This document shows positions 9,571 to 19,528 of a DNA stretch of 64,000 nt, one piece after another. The stretch's first letter is position 1; each line of letters starts with the position of its first letter. The DNA lies in the NCBI GenBank assembly GCA_963668315.1, contig OY764216.1, positions 2,784,001 through 2,848,000 of the forward strand, in the 5' to 3' direction. The notes beneath the pieces were generated by a model. It was not told the DNA's origin. It saw only the letters and a list, made by a program, of their open reading frames with translations, and made no database searches. A program made the translations under genes and the position numbers. The stretch comes from Spirochaetia bacterium. Lineage in GTDB: Bacteria > Spirochaetota > Spirochaetia > DSM-2461.

Positions 9571-12500
9571 ATGAAAGAGATCAGAAAAAGGGAGAACGGA
9601 CGGGAATATATCATCGAAGACTGTGACGCAATGGGCAGGGCAGGGATGGATTTTTCCTTTCTCGTGGAGCTGTACCGCGATTCTCCCGAGATAGTCATCG
9701 CCAGGGAGTCTATCCGGAGCCGTTTTCATATTGTCTATGAGGCGAGGCTTTTCCGGGGGAGCCTGAAAAACCTGGAGGATAAGCTTTCTCTCCAAGAGAA
9801 AGTGGAACTACTGACCGACATTCTCCATAAATTGAAGAAAATTCACGGGAAGGGCTATATTTTCAATAACCTGAACCTTGAAAGCTCATATCTGTGCGGT
9901 TTCCGTTCCGTTCTTCTGACGGGATTCCAGAATATCGTCAGAAAATACAGTCAGGAAGAAGGGATCATTGAAAGGGTCTCTGCGGTTAATTCCCACTATA
10001 TGCCGCCCGAACTGACAGGAAAACTGGGGCTCCCCCTGTCGGAGCAGAGCGATTTTTACTCTTTCGGCATTCTGATGTATCGTTTTCTTACGGGACAATA
10101 CCCCTTCCACTCAGATGATCTCACCGAATTATACTCCCTCCATATGGCGGGAAAACCCGTCGACCCCGTCCTTGTCGGAAAGGATATCCCCGCCGGTCTT
10201 TCACAAATAATCCTCAAGCTTCTGGCCAAGGAGCCGGAGGAGCGCTACCGGTCCCATGACGGTCTTATTTATGATCTGGAATATTTCTCCCCTCCCGGTT
10301 TTGTTCCCGCCCAGAGAGATTATGAGCCCCGGTTCCGCCTTTCCCGCACTCTCTATGGACGGGAGAAGGAGAGGGAGCTTCTGACCGGAGAGATCGCCGG
10401 GACGGCTTCCGGCCGGTTTCAGGCCATCCTGCTGAGCGGCCATGCCGGTGTGGGAAAGTCATCACTTATCGAAGAGTTCTTCCGTTCCGCAAGGCAGGGG
10501 GGAATGATTTTCCTCAGGGGAAAATTCCAGCAGTACAGAACCAATATTCCCTTTCTGGCCCTTTCCGAAGCCTTATCCGGTTTCATTGACAGGCTCCTGA
10601 CAGGAAGCAGCGAAGAACTGGAGCGATTCAGAGATGATTTCGCTTCCCGTATAGGCGACCAGGGGGCCGTCCTCACGACAGTCTTTCCCCGGCTTGAGAC
10701 CGTCACGGGCAGACAGGTTCCCGTATATCCCATGACGGGCGTCCAGGGTGAAAACCGCTTCATTCTGACCTTTCTCGAGTTCCTCCGGATTATCGCCGAC
10801 CGGAAATCGCCTCTGATCCTGTTTCTCGATGATTTCCAGTGGACCGATACCGCCTCCCTGCATGTTATACGGCAGATTATACGGGCCAGACTCGACTGGA
10901 CTTTTCTCGGCATCTCCTACCGGAATGATGAAGTATCCGGACATCATCCCTTTATGGCATTAATTGAGGATGTCCCTATCCTCTGCCCCGGTGTTAAGGA
11001 GATCAGGCTGAAGGATCTGACATGCCGGGATATTTCCCGAATGCTCCGGGAGAGCCGAATCCTCAATTATGAAGAACTGGCCGCTGCCGTTTTTGAGAAG
11101 ACCGGGGGAAATCCTTTCTATGTTCACCAGTATATGAACATGATTATAGAGAGAAAGCTCCTTGAACGGCAGAGCGACAGCCATCTCTGGAAAGCAGACA
11201 CAGCTTCCGTTATGGAGGCGGAAGTGTGCGAGAACGTGGTGGATTTTATGCAGACCCTTCTGAAGAATTATGACGGGGAAGTGACCGATATACTCAGAAA
11301 GATCAGCATGCTCGGCCATCAGACGGATGACAGAACTCTCGAACTGCTCCTGGGAAAAGGGCGGGAAGAAATAAGAATACGGCTCAAGGAGGTACTGGCC
11401 CAGAAACTCATGACCGATACGGGGACAGCCCTCCGGTTCACCCACGATAAAATCCAGCAGGCCTGTTACCAGCTCAACGGGAAAAATCAGCTAGGGCGGG
11501 AGCATTTCGCTCTGGCCTGCCTGCTTATGGATAATAGGCTCTACTCCGATTCGGATGATCTTTTCAGCCTGGTTTCCCATCTGAATGAAAGCTTCGCCTT
11601 CGTTCTTAAGGAGCCGGCCCGGTTTTTTGATATATACCTTGCCGCGGCGGTGAAAAGCCGGAAGATTTCGGCCTATCAGGAGTATCTGCATTATATCGGC
11701 CATGGGCGCCGGCTCTTATGTCCGGATATTACCGGGGAGCGCAGGAAAAAATGCCTGAGCGAATATCATCTGGCCCTGCATCTGAACGGAGAATATGAAG
11801 AGGCCGATGATTTTTTTGAAAGGGAAATCAGGGAAGATCCCGATATCTATCTTTTCAAGGAGAATTATATCGCCAAAGTTTCCCAGGACAGCATGCTGGG
11901 GAAGTATGGCGAGGCCACACAGCTGGGCCTGTCCATACTGGAAAAACTGGATATCACCCTCGATCATAACCCGGATCGGAACGCTCTGACGGAGGGGCTG
12001 CGGAAAAACCGGGAACTGGCGGAACAGCTGGGGATAGAAAGGGTGGATGATCTTGATTCGGTGGAAAAAAGATCATCCGGGAAAATGGAGTTTATCTGCG
12101 GGATGATCTCCGCCCTGCTTTCCGGCTCCTTCTTTTATTCTCCCAATCTGTCCGTTCTCCTGATACTGGAGACAATCCGGCTCGCCATGATCTATGGGGT
12201 CTTCCCGGCCATGGGTTATCCCCTGTCCTTCTCTTCCATCCTTTTTATCCTTACGGAGAACGACTACTTCAGGGGATTCGACTATGGAAAATACGCGATC
12301 AATATTTCTCAGATAGATAAAAGATCCCTGGGGCATGCCAAGCATATTTTTATCCTGACCAGCTGGCAATGGAAGCGCCCCCTTAAGGATAACCGCTGTC
12401 TGGATATCGCCCGCGATGCTTTTCATCTCCTTCTGAAAGGGGGAGATATTCAAATGTCCGGATTTATCTTCGCCAGCACGGTGGGGTGCCTTTTCGAGAG

Positions 12501-14526
12501 GGGAGAACGGCTGTCCGACTGTCTCGATGAGCTTAACCGCGGCCTGGACTATGTGAGAAAAACAAATAATTTCCATGCCCTGGGCGGTTATCAGGTTTAT
12601 GAACAGTTCTTTCTTTCCATGATGTCCAGGAATGCATCGGAGAACGATTTTATCAATAACGGATTCAGGGAGAAGGAGTTCCTGGAGATAAACAGCCTCA
12701 ATTTTGTAGCCCAGGCCTATCTATACATCTATAAAACCCAGTATCTCTTCATAAACAGACAGTACGGCCTTGCCCGCGATTATGCCGGCAGGGCCGAGAA
12801 GATTCTTCACTGTATTACGGCCTTTATTCCGGTGGGTACTTTCTATTTTTACGGGGCCCTTCTCCTGTGCCGCGGTATCGGGGAGGATTCAGATTCCGAT
12901 GCTAAGCTCAGAACCTATATGGACCAGCTGGAAGAGTGGGCCGGGGCCGTTCCCGAGAACTGGCTGCAGAAATATTATCTGGTAAAGGCGGAATCCATCC
13001 GATTCTCCGAAAGCCGTTCCATCGAGGCGGCCCAGTTCTATACCATGGCCATCATTGCTGCCGAACAGAACGGATTCATTCAGGATCTGGCCCTCGCCCA
13101 GGAACTTTTTTCCGAATACTGGCTTGAACAGGGGAGCGGCGAATGGTCCTTCACCCTGCTCGAGCAGGCCTGTGAATCCTATCGGAAATGGGGAGCCGTT
13201 CTGAAATTGAACGCTCTCCTCAGATCGGACAGCCGGCTTGCTGCGAAGGTCGAGAGAAAAAATATAGATCTCAGAAGCATCATAAAGGCGCAAAACCTGC
13301 TGGCCCGGGAAACAAGGCTCGATATGCTTATTCAAAAGATGCTTAAAATGCTTTTGGATTTCTCCGGGGCAGAAATCTGCCACCTTATCCGTTGTGAGGA
13401 GGAGTGGTTTATCGAGGCGTCCCTGGGAATCGCCGACAAGGACGTTTCGCTGACAAGAAAGAACATCAGTACGGAGACCGTATCAACGGACCTTGTTAAT
13501 TATGTCGTGCGGACAAAAAATGAGATTACCCCCGAAGAACTCAGCATTCCCCTTTCCGATGGCTACTTCAAAAAGTTTCGTCCCCTCTCCACAATCGTTG
13601 TTCCCCTCCTCAATCATTCGGAAACCATAGGAATCCTCTACCTGGAGCATCGCCGCGTGAAAGGGCTGTTTTCCAGGGAAAAGCGTGAGGCTATTCAGAT
13701 GCTCTCTTCCCAGATCGCCGTATCCCTTCTCAATGCCGAACTGTACGGAACCCTTGAACGGAGAGTTAAGGAGAGGACGGAAGAACTGGAAGAGATGAAC
13801 AAGGAGCTTCTCAGGGCCGACGGGGAACTCAGGAAAATCAATAGGACAAAGGATAGGCTCCTGTCCATTCTGGGCCACGATCTGAAAGGTCCCCTGGGCG
13901 GGGTGGCCAAGTTCATGGAGCTCATGGACGAGGGAAAGATCCAGCCTTCGGAGAAGCTCATTTCCACCATGAACAAAAGCATAGGGAACATCTATGACCT
14001 GACGGAAGATCTCCTCCTCTGGGCCAGAAGCCAGAGCGGTGCCCTTGTCCCCTGTCCCGAAGAAATCCGGGCGGGAACCCTTATTGACCAGGTCATAGGC
14101 GTGTACCGGATGGCGGCGGAAAAAAAGAAAATTGAGCTAGTTGCCGAGGGAACCGCCGAAGGACTGGCCCTTTATACCGATTCTTCCATGGCCGATACGA
14201 TTCTCCGGAATCTGGTGAACAACGGGGTGAAGTTCACTCCCCGGGGAGGCAGGGTATCCATAAGAGCCGGGGAACGGGAGAACATGGTGAGGCTGGAGGT
14301 ATCCGATACCGGGGTGGGCATGGAAAAGGTGGTATCGGACAGCCTTTTCTCCATCGTCGATAAAAGCAGACAGCGCCGGGGTACCGATGACGAAAGCGGT
14401 ACCGGTCTGGGGCTGGTGGTATGCAGAGAGCTGGCCGGGCTGTGCGGGGGAGACATCGGCGCCGAGAGCACTCCCGGTGCGGGCAGCACATTCTGGGTGG
14501 ACTTTCCCCGGAGCCGTGGAGAATGA
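9571..14526 (+). CDS. Multidomain signalling protein: degenerate Ser/Thr kinase - AAA ATPase - helical repeats - GAF - histidine kinase
   Basis: YMPPE and SDFYSFG kinase remnants; Walker A GHAGVGKS; Walker B LFLDDFQW; KTGGNPFY; GAF GILYLEH; H-box GHDLKGPL; N-box RNLVNNGVKFT; DTGVG and GTGLGL. Confidence 0.88.
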   Translation: MKEIRKRENGREYIIEDCDAMGRAGMDFSFLVELYRDSPEIVIARESIRSRFHIVYEARLFRGSLKNLEDKLSLQEKVELLTDILHKLKKIHGKGYIFNNLNLESSYLCGFRSVLLTGFQNIVRKYSQEEGIIERVSAVNSHYMPPELTGKLGLPLSEQSDFYSFGILMYRFLTGQYPFHSDDLTELYSLHMAGKPVDPVLVGKDIPAGLSQIILKLLAKEPEERYRSHDGLIYDLEYFSPPGFVPAQRDYEPRFRLSRTLYGREKERELLTGEIAGTASGRFQAILLSGHAGVGKSSLIEEFFRSARQGGMIFLRGKFQQYRTNIPFLALSEALSGFIDRLLTGSSEELERFRDDFASRIGDQGAVLTTVFPRLETVTGRQVPVYPMTGVQGENRFILTFLEFLRIIADRKSPLILFLDDFQWTDTASLHVIRQIIRARLDWTFLGISYRNDEVSGHHPFMALIEDVPILCPGVKEIRLKDLTCRDISRMLRESRILNYEELAAAVFEKTGGNPFYVHQYMNMIIERKLLERQSDSHLWKADTASVMEAEVCENVVDFMQTLLKNYDGEVTDILRKISMLGHQTDDRTLELLLGKGREEIRIRLKEVLAQKLMTDTGTALRFTHDKIQQACYQLNGKNQLGREHFALACLLMDNRLYSDSDDLFSLVSHLNESFAFVLKEPARFFDIYLAAAVKSRKISAYQEYLHYIGHGRRLLCPDITGERRKKCLSEYHLALHLNGEYEEADDFFEREIREDPDIYLFKENYIAKVSQDSMLGKYGEATQLGLSILEKLDITLDHNPDRNALTEGLRKNRELAEQLGIERVDDLDSVEKRSSGKMEFICGMISALLSGSFFYSPNLSVLLILETIRLAMIYGVFPAMGYPLSFSSILFILTENDYFRGFDYGKYAINISQIDKRSLGHAKHIFILTSWQWKRPLKDNRCLDIARDAFHLLLKGGDIQMSGFIFASTVGCLFERGERLSDCLDELNRGLDYVRKTNNFHALGGYQVYEQFFLSMMSRNASENDFINNGFREKEFLEINSLNFVAQAYLYIYKTQYLFINRQYGLARDYAGRAEKILHCITAFIPVGTFYFYGALLLCRGIGEDSDSDAKLRTYMDQLEEWAGAVPENWLQKYYLVKAESIRFSESRSIEAAQFYTMAIIAAEQNGFIQDLALAQELFSEYWLEQGSGEWSFTLLEQACESYRKWGAVLKLNALLRSDSRLAAKVERKNIDLRSIIKAQNLLARETRLDMLIQKMLKMLLDFSGAEICHLIRCEEEWFIEASLGIADKDVSLTRKNISTETVSTDLVNYVVRTKNEITPEELSIPLSDGYFKKFRPLSTIVVPLLNHSETIGILYLEHRRVKGLFSREKREAIQMLSSQIAVSLLNAELYGTLERRVKERTEELEEMNKELLRADGELRKINRTKDRLLSILGHDLKGPLGGVAKFMELMDEGKIQPSEKLISTMNKSIGNIYDLTEDLLLWARSQSGALVPCPEEIRAGTLIDQVIGVYRMAAEKKKIELVAEGTAEGLALYTDSSMADTILRNLVNNGVKFTPRGGRVSIRAGERENMVRLEVSDTGVGMEKVVSDSLFSIVDKSRQRRGTDDESGTGLGLVVCRELAGLCGGDIGAESTPGAGSTFWVDFPRSRGE

Positions 14527-16253
14527 TGATCCTTTTGCCATCCCTCGTTATTCTGCTGCTGGCACTCACTTTCTACGGCCGTTCCCGGATAATCAAAGTA
14601 CGGAGAGAGCTGGTCCAGGTGAGAGAGCAGCTGGAAAGGGGTCTTATGGTCGCCAATATGGGGGTCTGGGAATATGACATTTCATCGAAGAAACTCTATT
14701 GGTCCGATACCATCTATCATATTACAGAGCAGGACAGGGAAAGGACAACTCCCACCCGGGAAGCTTTCTGGGATCTGATCCACCCCGAGGATAGGGAGAT
14801 GGTCCTGGAAAAGCAGAAAGAGAGTTTGAATACCCGCAGAAAGACGGAAATCATCCATAGGATCCTGATGAAAGACGGCCGGGTCAAATGGATTGAGGAG
14901 CATCTTAAGACAGAGTTCGATAAGAGCGGAAACCCTGTGAAATCGGTAGGTACTATCTACGATTTCACCAGACAGAAAGAGGGGGAGCTGATTTTTAAAT
15001 CTCTCCTTGAAAATGCTTCCGACGGCATTCATATCCTGGACGAGAAGGGCAATCTGCTCTATTACAGCCGGTCCTTTGCCAGGAGTCTGGGCTATGAATA
15101 TGATGAACTGGAGAACAAGAACATCACCGATTGGGAGGCTAATCTTGACAAGGACCAGATAAGGGCAACCATTAAACTGCTCCTGAAATCGGATATCACC
15201 TTTGAGACGAAGCACAGAAAGAAGGATGGAACCCTTTTCGATGTTCAAATCAGCGCAACCGATATACTGCTCGACGGTAAAAAGCGCATATATGCCTCCC
15301 AACGGGATATTTCGGAGCAGAAGCACTATATTGAGCAGCTGAACAAACTGAATATCATGCTGAATACCGCTGCCAAGGTGGGGAAAATAGGATTCTGGGA
15401 GCTTGACGGGATTTCCGGTAAGGTGGAGTGGAACGAAGCGCTATACGATATCTTTGAAGTGGATGATAAAACCTCCCCCATGGACAGGGAGCGCTTTCTT
15501 ACCTTTCTTCCCCCCGAGAAGAAGGATGATCTGATACATAAATTCATGCTTTTTCAAAAGAGGGGGGATTACTCTGTCGTTCACGATATCATTACCGAAA
15601 AGGGGAACAGGAAAATCGTTGACGAAAGGGGCAGGCATTTCTATGACGGAGAGGGGCGTCTGATCAAGACGGTAGGCAGTGTTATGGATATCACGGAAAG
15701 GATCGCCCGGGAAAGAATCATAAAAAAACAGGCCGTTACCGATGAATTGACCCAGCTGGGCAACAGGAAGGCCTATAACGAACGTCTTTCCGAACTGATA
15801 GCCCAGTATAAGCGGTATCATCTGATCTTCTCCCTGCTGATTTTCGACATCGACCTGTTCAAGGACATTAATGACACCTACGGCCATCATGTGGGTGACC
15901 AGGTTCTGATGGCCCTGGGAAAACTTGTCTCATCCCTCGTCAGGAAAAATGATTTCATTTTCCGGATCGGCGGGGAGGAGTTCGTCATACTCATGTCGGG
16001 AACAGACATGGAGCACGCCATCCTCCTCGCCGAGAAAGTGCGGCGAGCGATAGAGAAGGATCTGAACGTAATCAGTAACCGGGATGTCACTGTCAGTATC
16101 GGCGTAGGCGAAATGGAGAGGGATGACACGGCCGATTCTCTCTTCCGAAAGGCGGACAAAAATCTTTATCTTGCCAAAAGGTCAGGGCGCAACAGGGTCG
16201 TGGGCGATCTGTACTCCTTTCCCGCTAAAGGCGCCACTCATACACAATCCTAG
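14523..16253 (+). CDS. Membrane-anchored PAS/PAC x3 diguanylate cyclase
   Basis: N-terminal TM; IHPEDRE PAS_3 motif; DELTQLGNR, DIDLFKDINDTYGH..GD, RxxD I-site (RKND), GGEEF. ATG 14523 overlaps the upstream stop (ATGA). Confidence 0.9.
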   Translation: MMILLPSLVILLLALTFYGRSRIIKVRRELVQVREQLERGLMVANMGVWEYDISSKKLYWSDTIYHITEQDRERTTPTREAFWDLIHPEDREMVLEKQKESLNTRRKTEIIHRILMKDGRVKWIEEHLKTEFDKSGNPVKSVGTIYDFTRQKEGELIFKSLLENASDGIHILDEKGNLLYYSRSFARSLGYEYDELENKNITDWEANLDKDQIRATIKLLLKSDITFETKHRKKDGTLFDVQISATDILLDGKKRIYASQRDISEQKHYIEQLNKLNIMLNTAAKVGKIGFWELDGISGKVEWNEALYDIFEVDDKTSPMDRERFLTFLPPEKKDDLIHKFMLFQKRGDYSVVHDIITEKGNRKIVDERGRHFYDGEGRLIKTVGSVMDITERIARERIIKKQAVTDELTQLGNRKAYNERLSELIAQYKRYHLIFSLLIFDIDLFKDINDTYGHHVGDQVLMALGKLVSSLVRKNDFIFRIGGEEFVILMSGTDMEHAILLAEKVRRAIEKDLNVISNRDVTVSIGVGEMERDDTADSLFRKADKNLYLAKRSGRNRVVGDLYSFPAKGATHTQS

Positions 16254-18519
16254 CTTTTAGACTTATGAGACCCGCCGAAATCCTGCCTCCTTCCTCCCGC
16301 CTTCCCGCCATGGGCGTTTCTGCCTGGACTCTTCCCCCCTCCTTAAGGGGAGTTATGGTCAGTACGAGGGGATGGGATGAGAGGGAAGACTCAAACTCCT
16401 TAAGGCCGATGGTCCAGGGGGCTCCGTTGGCAAAGTTGTCCGCCACCATTCTGCCGTTGATGAAGGCATGGGCGATATCCCCGGTATATTCCGCCTCAAG
16501 AAGAATCTCCTTGGCTCCTTCGGGAAGGGGGGGGAGTGTCACCCTATAGCGGAACGGGCCGGTTTCCTCCCACTCCGGAGTGAAAGGAAGAGGTTCCGCT
16601 TCCATAAGGCACTCATCCCATCCCTCCCTCTCCCCTTTGAAGGAGAACCGGTCCGAGGAGAGGGCTCCGGAGGGAAATACCTTGAGGGAACAGGACGGCT
16701 CGCAGGATTCCACTCTCATCTCCCTTCCGTCGAAAAGAAGAGCTCCGCCGGTCATCACGGCCGTCCGGCCCTCCGGTGTATCCAGCAGGTAGAACCTGAG
16801 ACTCTCTTCCCGGGTCAGAGTTATCACGGTCAGTTCATTCCCCTGATACCGGACCGTAAAGGGAGACCGGAAGCCGGGACTGACGGTCAGGGCGGCTCCT
16901 TCCTGTCCGGCGCCGCCGTCCGTCTCTCCGGCCGGGGAGACCCCCGGGGCGAAGGTGTAGCCGGGAGTCATTCCTTCGGGACAGAAAAAGAAGGCGTATT
17001 TCCGGCCGTCCCGTTCCAGCAAGCCCGCCGGCTGCGCCAGGGCGTGTTCGAAAGGGATGCCTCCCCATACGAAATGAAAGGGCAGAATGACATTTTCTCC
17101 CGCTTTGAGGCCGATCCCCTTCCACTCTATCCGCTTGTCTGGGAGGATAAGGCTTAGGTCTATCTCGCTTTTATCCGTCATCGGGGCATGGTCCTGATAA
17201 TTATTGATAAGGAGGAATCCCCCTTCTCCGGGATTGTATCTCACGGCATAGCGGAGGGGGAGGGGATCTTCGGGCTGGATCATCCGGGCGTCACGGGGGA
17301 GTACGGTTCGGCTGCGGCAGAGGATATCGGCGAATTCCCCTATCAGATAATGGTGCAGGCGAAGGCGGTGGTAGGAGGGACGGAGCTGACCGTATTCGCC
17401 GATGGCCGCCTGGTAGTCGTAGGAGAGCTTGGGAACCTGTCCCTCGTTAAGGAAGGGAACGGTTTTTCCCGTCGGATTGGTGCCCCCGTGATACATATAG
17501 TAGCCCAGCATGTTGCAGCCGCTTCCTATTTTTATATTGGCCATGGCATCCACGCTTTCATAGGGCAGCTGGAAACGGTAGTAATAGCAGCAGGTCATTC
17601 CTCCGCCCATCTCACAGCACAGATAGGGCCGGCTTTCCGGTTCATAGGCGGGCTCGAAGTTATAGGTGGCGGGGATGGCGTTATTATGATTGTCCCGGTA
17701 GATATACTCCTCCGTGGCGGGGTGCTCCCCCCGGTGGGAATAGAAGATCCAGGGCCGGAAGGCGTAGCCTCCCCAGAGGGGCATCAGCTTATCGGGAGTC
17801 GCGGCTCCTCCCCAGCCTGTGCAGGTGTAGAAGGGCAGGTCAATGCCGGTCTTCCGGGCCAGGTCCAGAAGGGCCAGCATGTAGGCATCCCCCTCTGTCC
17901 CTGTTCCCATCCACTCGTTTGACACGCCGGTGGTCATCTCCCAGGGGGCGGCGGAGTGCATATATTCGTTATCCAGCTGCGCGGCGATGATAGGGCCTCC
18001 CTGGGAGAAATAGTAACCCTCCAGCTGCTCATGGATCTTCCTATAGAGCCGGGCGACGCATTCCATAAAGCCTTTCCCGGTGGAACGTATCTCGAAGGGC
18101 TGGCCGTACAGCCAGTCGGGAAAGCCCCCGTTGCGTACCTCCCCATGGTTAAAAGGACCGATTCTCACGATGACAAGGAAGCCCGATTCGGCGCAGAGCT
18201 TTATGAAATCCCGTAAATTCCTTCTGCCGGAAAAATCAAAAACTCCTTCCGTCTCCTCATGGTGATTCCAGAACACATAGGTGGAAACGATATTAATCCC
18301 TCCCGCCTTCATCTTAAGCAGTTCGTCCCGCCAGGCGTCCGGACGGTAACGGGAATAGTGGAACTCACCGCTTATGCCGTAGAAGGGCCGGCCTTCCCGT
18401 TCCATATAGTAATTGGTGAAAGAGAGTCTTCCGTCTGCAGGGGAGATCCCCTCAAAATCCGGGCCCAGGGGATAAACCTTTTTGGGCGATACTTCCCGTA
18501 AATCCATAATTTCCTTCAT
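16225..18519 (-). CDS. GH35 beta-galactosidase
   Basis: SGEFHYSR, KMKAGGINIVSTYVFWNHHE, RIGPF.HGE.RNGGFPDW, QLDNEY, CEMGGG, YYMYHGGTNP, SYDYQAAIGEYG. Confidence 0.92.
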   Translation of the reverse strand: MKEIMDLREVSPKKVYPLGPDFEGISPADGRLSFTNYYMEREGRPFYGISGEFHYSRYRPDAWRDELLKMKAGGINIVSTYVFWNHHEETEGVFDFSGRRNLRDFIKLCAESGFLVIVRIGPFNHGEVRNGGFPDWLYGQPFEIRSTGKGFMECVARLYRKIHEQLEGYYFSQGGPIIAAQLDNEYMHSAAPWEMTTGVSNEWMGTGTEGDAYMLALLDLARKTGIDLPFYTCTGWGGAATPDKLMPLWGGYAFRPWIFYSHRGEHPATEEYIYRDNHNNAIPATYNFEPAYEPESRPYLCCEMGGGMTCCYYYRFQLPYESVDAMANIKIGSGCNMLGYYMYHGGTNPTGKTVPFLNEGQVPKLSYDYQAAIGEYGQLRPSYHRLRLHHYLIGEFADILCRSRTVLPRDARMIQPEDPLPLRYAVRYNPGEGGFLLINNYQDHAPMTDKSEIDLSLILPDKRIEWKGIGLKAGENVILPFHFVWGGIPFEHALAQPAGLLERDGRKYAFFFCPEGMTPGYTFAPGVSPAGETDGGAGQEGAALTVSPGFRSPFTVRYQGNELTVITLTREESLRFYLLDTPEGRTAVMTGGALLFDGREMRVESCEPSCSLKVFPSGALSSDRFSFKGEREGWDECLMEAEPLPFTPEWEETGPFRYRVTLPPLPEGAKEILLEAEYTGDIAHAFINGRMVADNFANGAPWTIGLKEFESSLSSHPLVLTITPLKEGGRVQAETPMAGRREEGGRISAGLISLKARIVYEWRL

Positions 18520-18544
18520 AAAATCCCTCTTTTTATCTCTTCCT

Positions 18545-19369
18545 TTATATTCCGAAAAGTTCCGAGGCGTTTCTCCCCAGAATCAGTTCTTCCTCCCCGC
18601 TGCTCAGCCCCAGGGAGAGAATGAAATCCCTCTCTTTCACAGGGCTGTGCCAGGGGGCATCGCTTCCGAAGAGGATTCGTTCCGCCCCCATCTTGCGGAT
18701 AATCCGCCGAGCCTGACCGGAGGATATGTTATCGTAAAGCATGGCCGTGTCGAGAAAAAGACCGGCCGAGGGGGAAAGCTCCCTTTCCACTTCATCCCAC
18801 CGGTTCATACCTCCCAGATGGGACAGGACTGTCTTCAATCCGGGAAAGTCTCTCCTCATCCGGGAAGCCCCCGCCGGCGTACAATGGCAGATATCCGGTG
18901 AGAGGGGATCGAAGCCGGCATGGAAGACAATCGTCAGATTCAGGCTGCGGCAGAGATCGTAGACGGGATAAAGCTTCGGGTCGTCAATATGAAAATTCTG
19001 ATAGTCCGGATGGAGTTTAATCCCCGGGACGCCGCCTTCCTTCAGCCTTTCCAGCTCACTGAGTGCCTCGGGACTGTCGGGATGTACCGAACCCAGAGCG
19101 GTCGTATTGTCCCTGCGGCTGTTATTAAGAAGAGCCGCGTCGTAGATGGACCGTTCCTGACTGGCTTTGGTCGCAATATTCAGAAGAACGCAGTGGTCCG
19201 TACCCCACCGGGACAGGGAGGATTTCAATCCTTCCTCCGTCCCGTCATGATAGAGGGGCACTTCCCGCGGGTCGCACCGGAGATGGCGGGCCATGGTTGT
19301 CTTCAGACTGGTCAGAGCCCTTTCGGCGACGGCAGGGGGGAATATATGGCAGTGACTGTCTATCAGCAT
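18545..19369 (-). CDS. Amidohydrolase family protein (amidohydro_2, TIM barrel)
   Basis: IDSHCH, GIKLHPDYQ, FHAG, SHLGG, ILFGSDAPW. Confidence 0.87.
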   Translation of the reverse strand: MLIDSHCHIFPPAVAERALTSLKTTMARHLRCDPREVPLYHDGTEEGLKSSLSRWGTDHCVLLNIATKASQERSIYDAALLNNSRRDNTTALGSVHPDSPEALSELERLKEGGVPGIKLHPDYQNFHIDDPKLYPVYDLCRSLNLTIVFHAGFDPLSPDICHCTPAGASRMRRDFPGLKTVLSHLGGMNRWDEVERELSPSAGLFLDTAMLYDNISSGQARRIIRKMGAERILFGSDAPWHSPVKERDFILSLGLSSGEEELILGRNASELFGI

Positions 19370-19528
19370 GGATTCTCCTGTGAAGTCCTCTTTAGGAAAG
19401 CTGTCCCGGTATTATACCCCACAAAGAAAAAAGGTGGTAGGAATTATTTCCCCCTCCCGGGGCGGATGGGAAACAGGAAAAAGCCGGCCGTTTATGCTAC
19501 ACTTAAGGAACACAAAGGAGTATATGCC

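Noticed and set aside
16225..16253. 29-bp 3' overlap of the convergent cyclase and GH35 genes
   Set aside because: Short convergent overlaps are common and imply no special function.
18920..19528. 203-aa N-terminal extension of the D-LDH ORF
   Set aside because: It overlaps the divergent amidohydrolase gene, and a clear RBS precedes ATG 19529.
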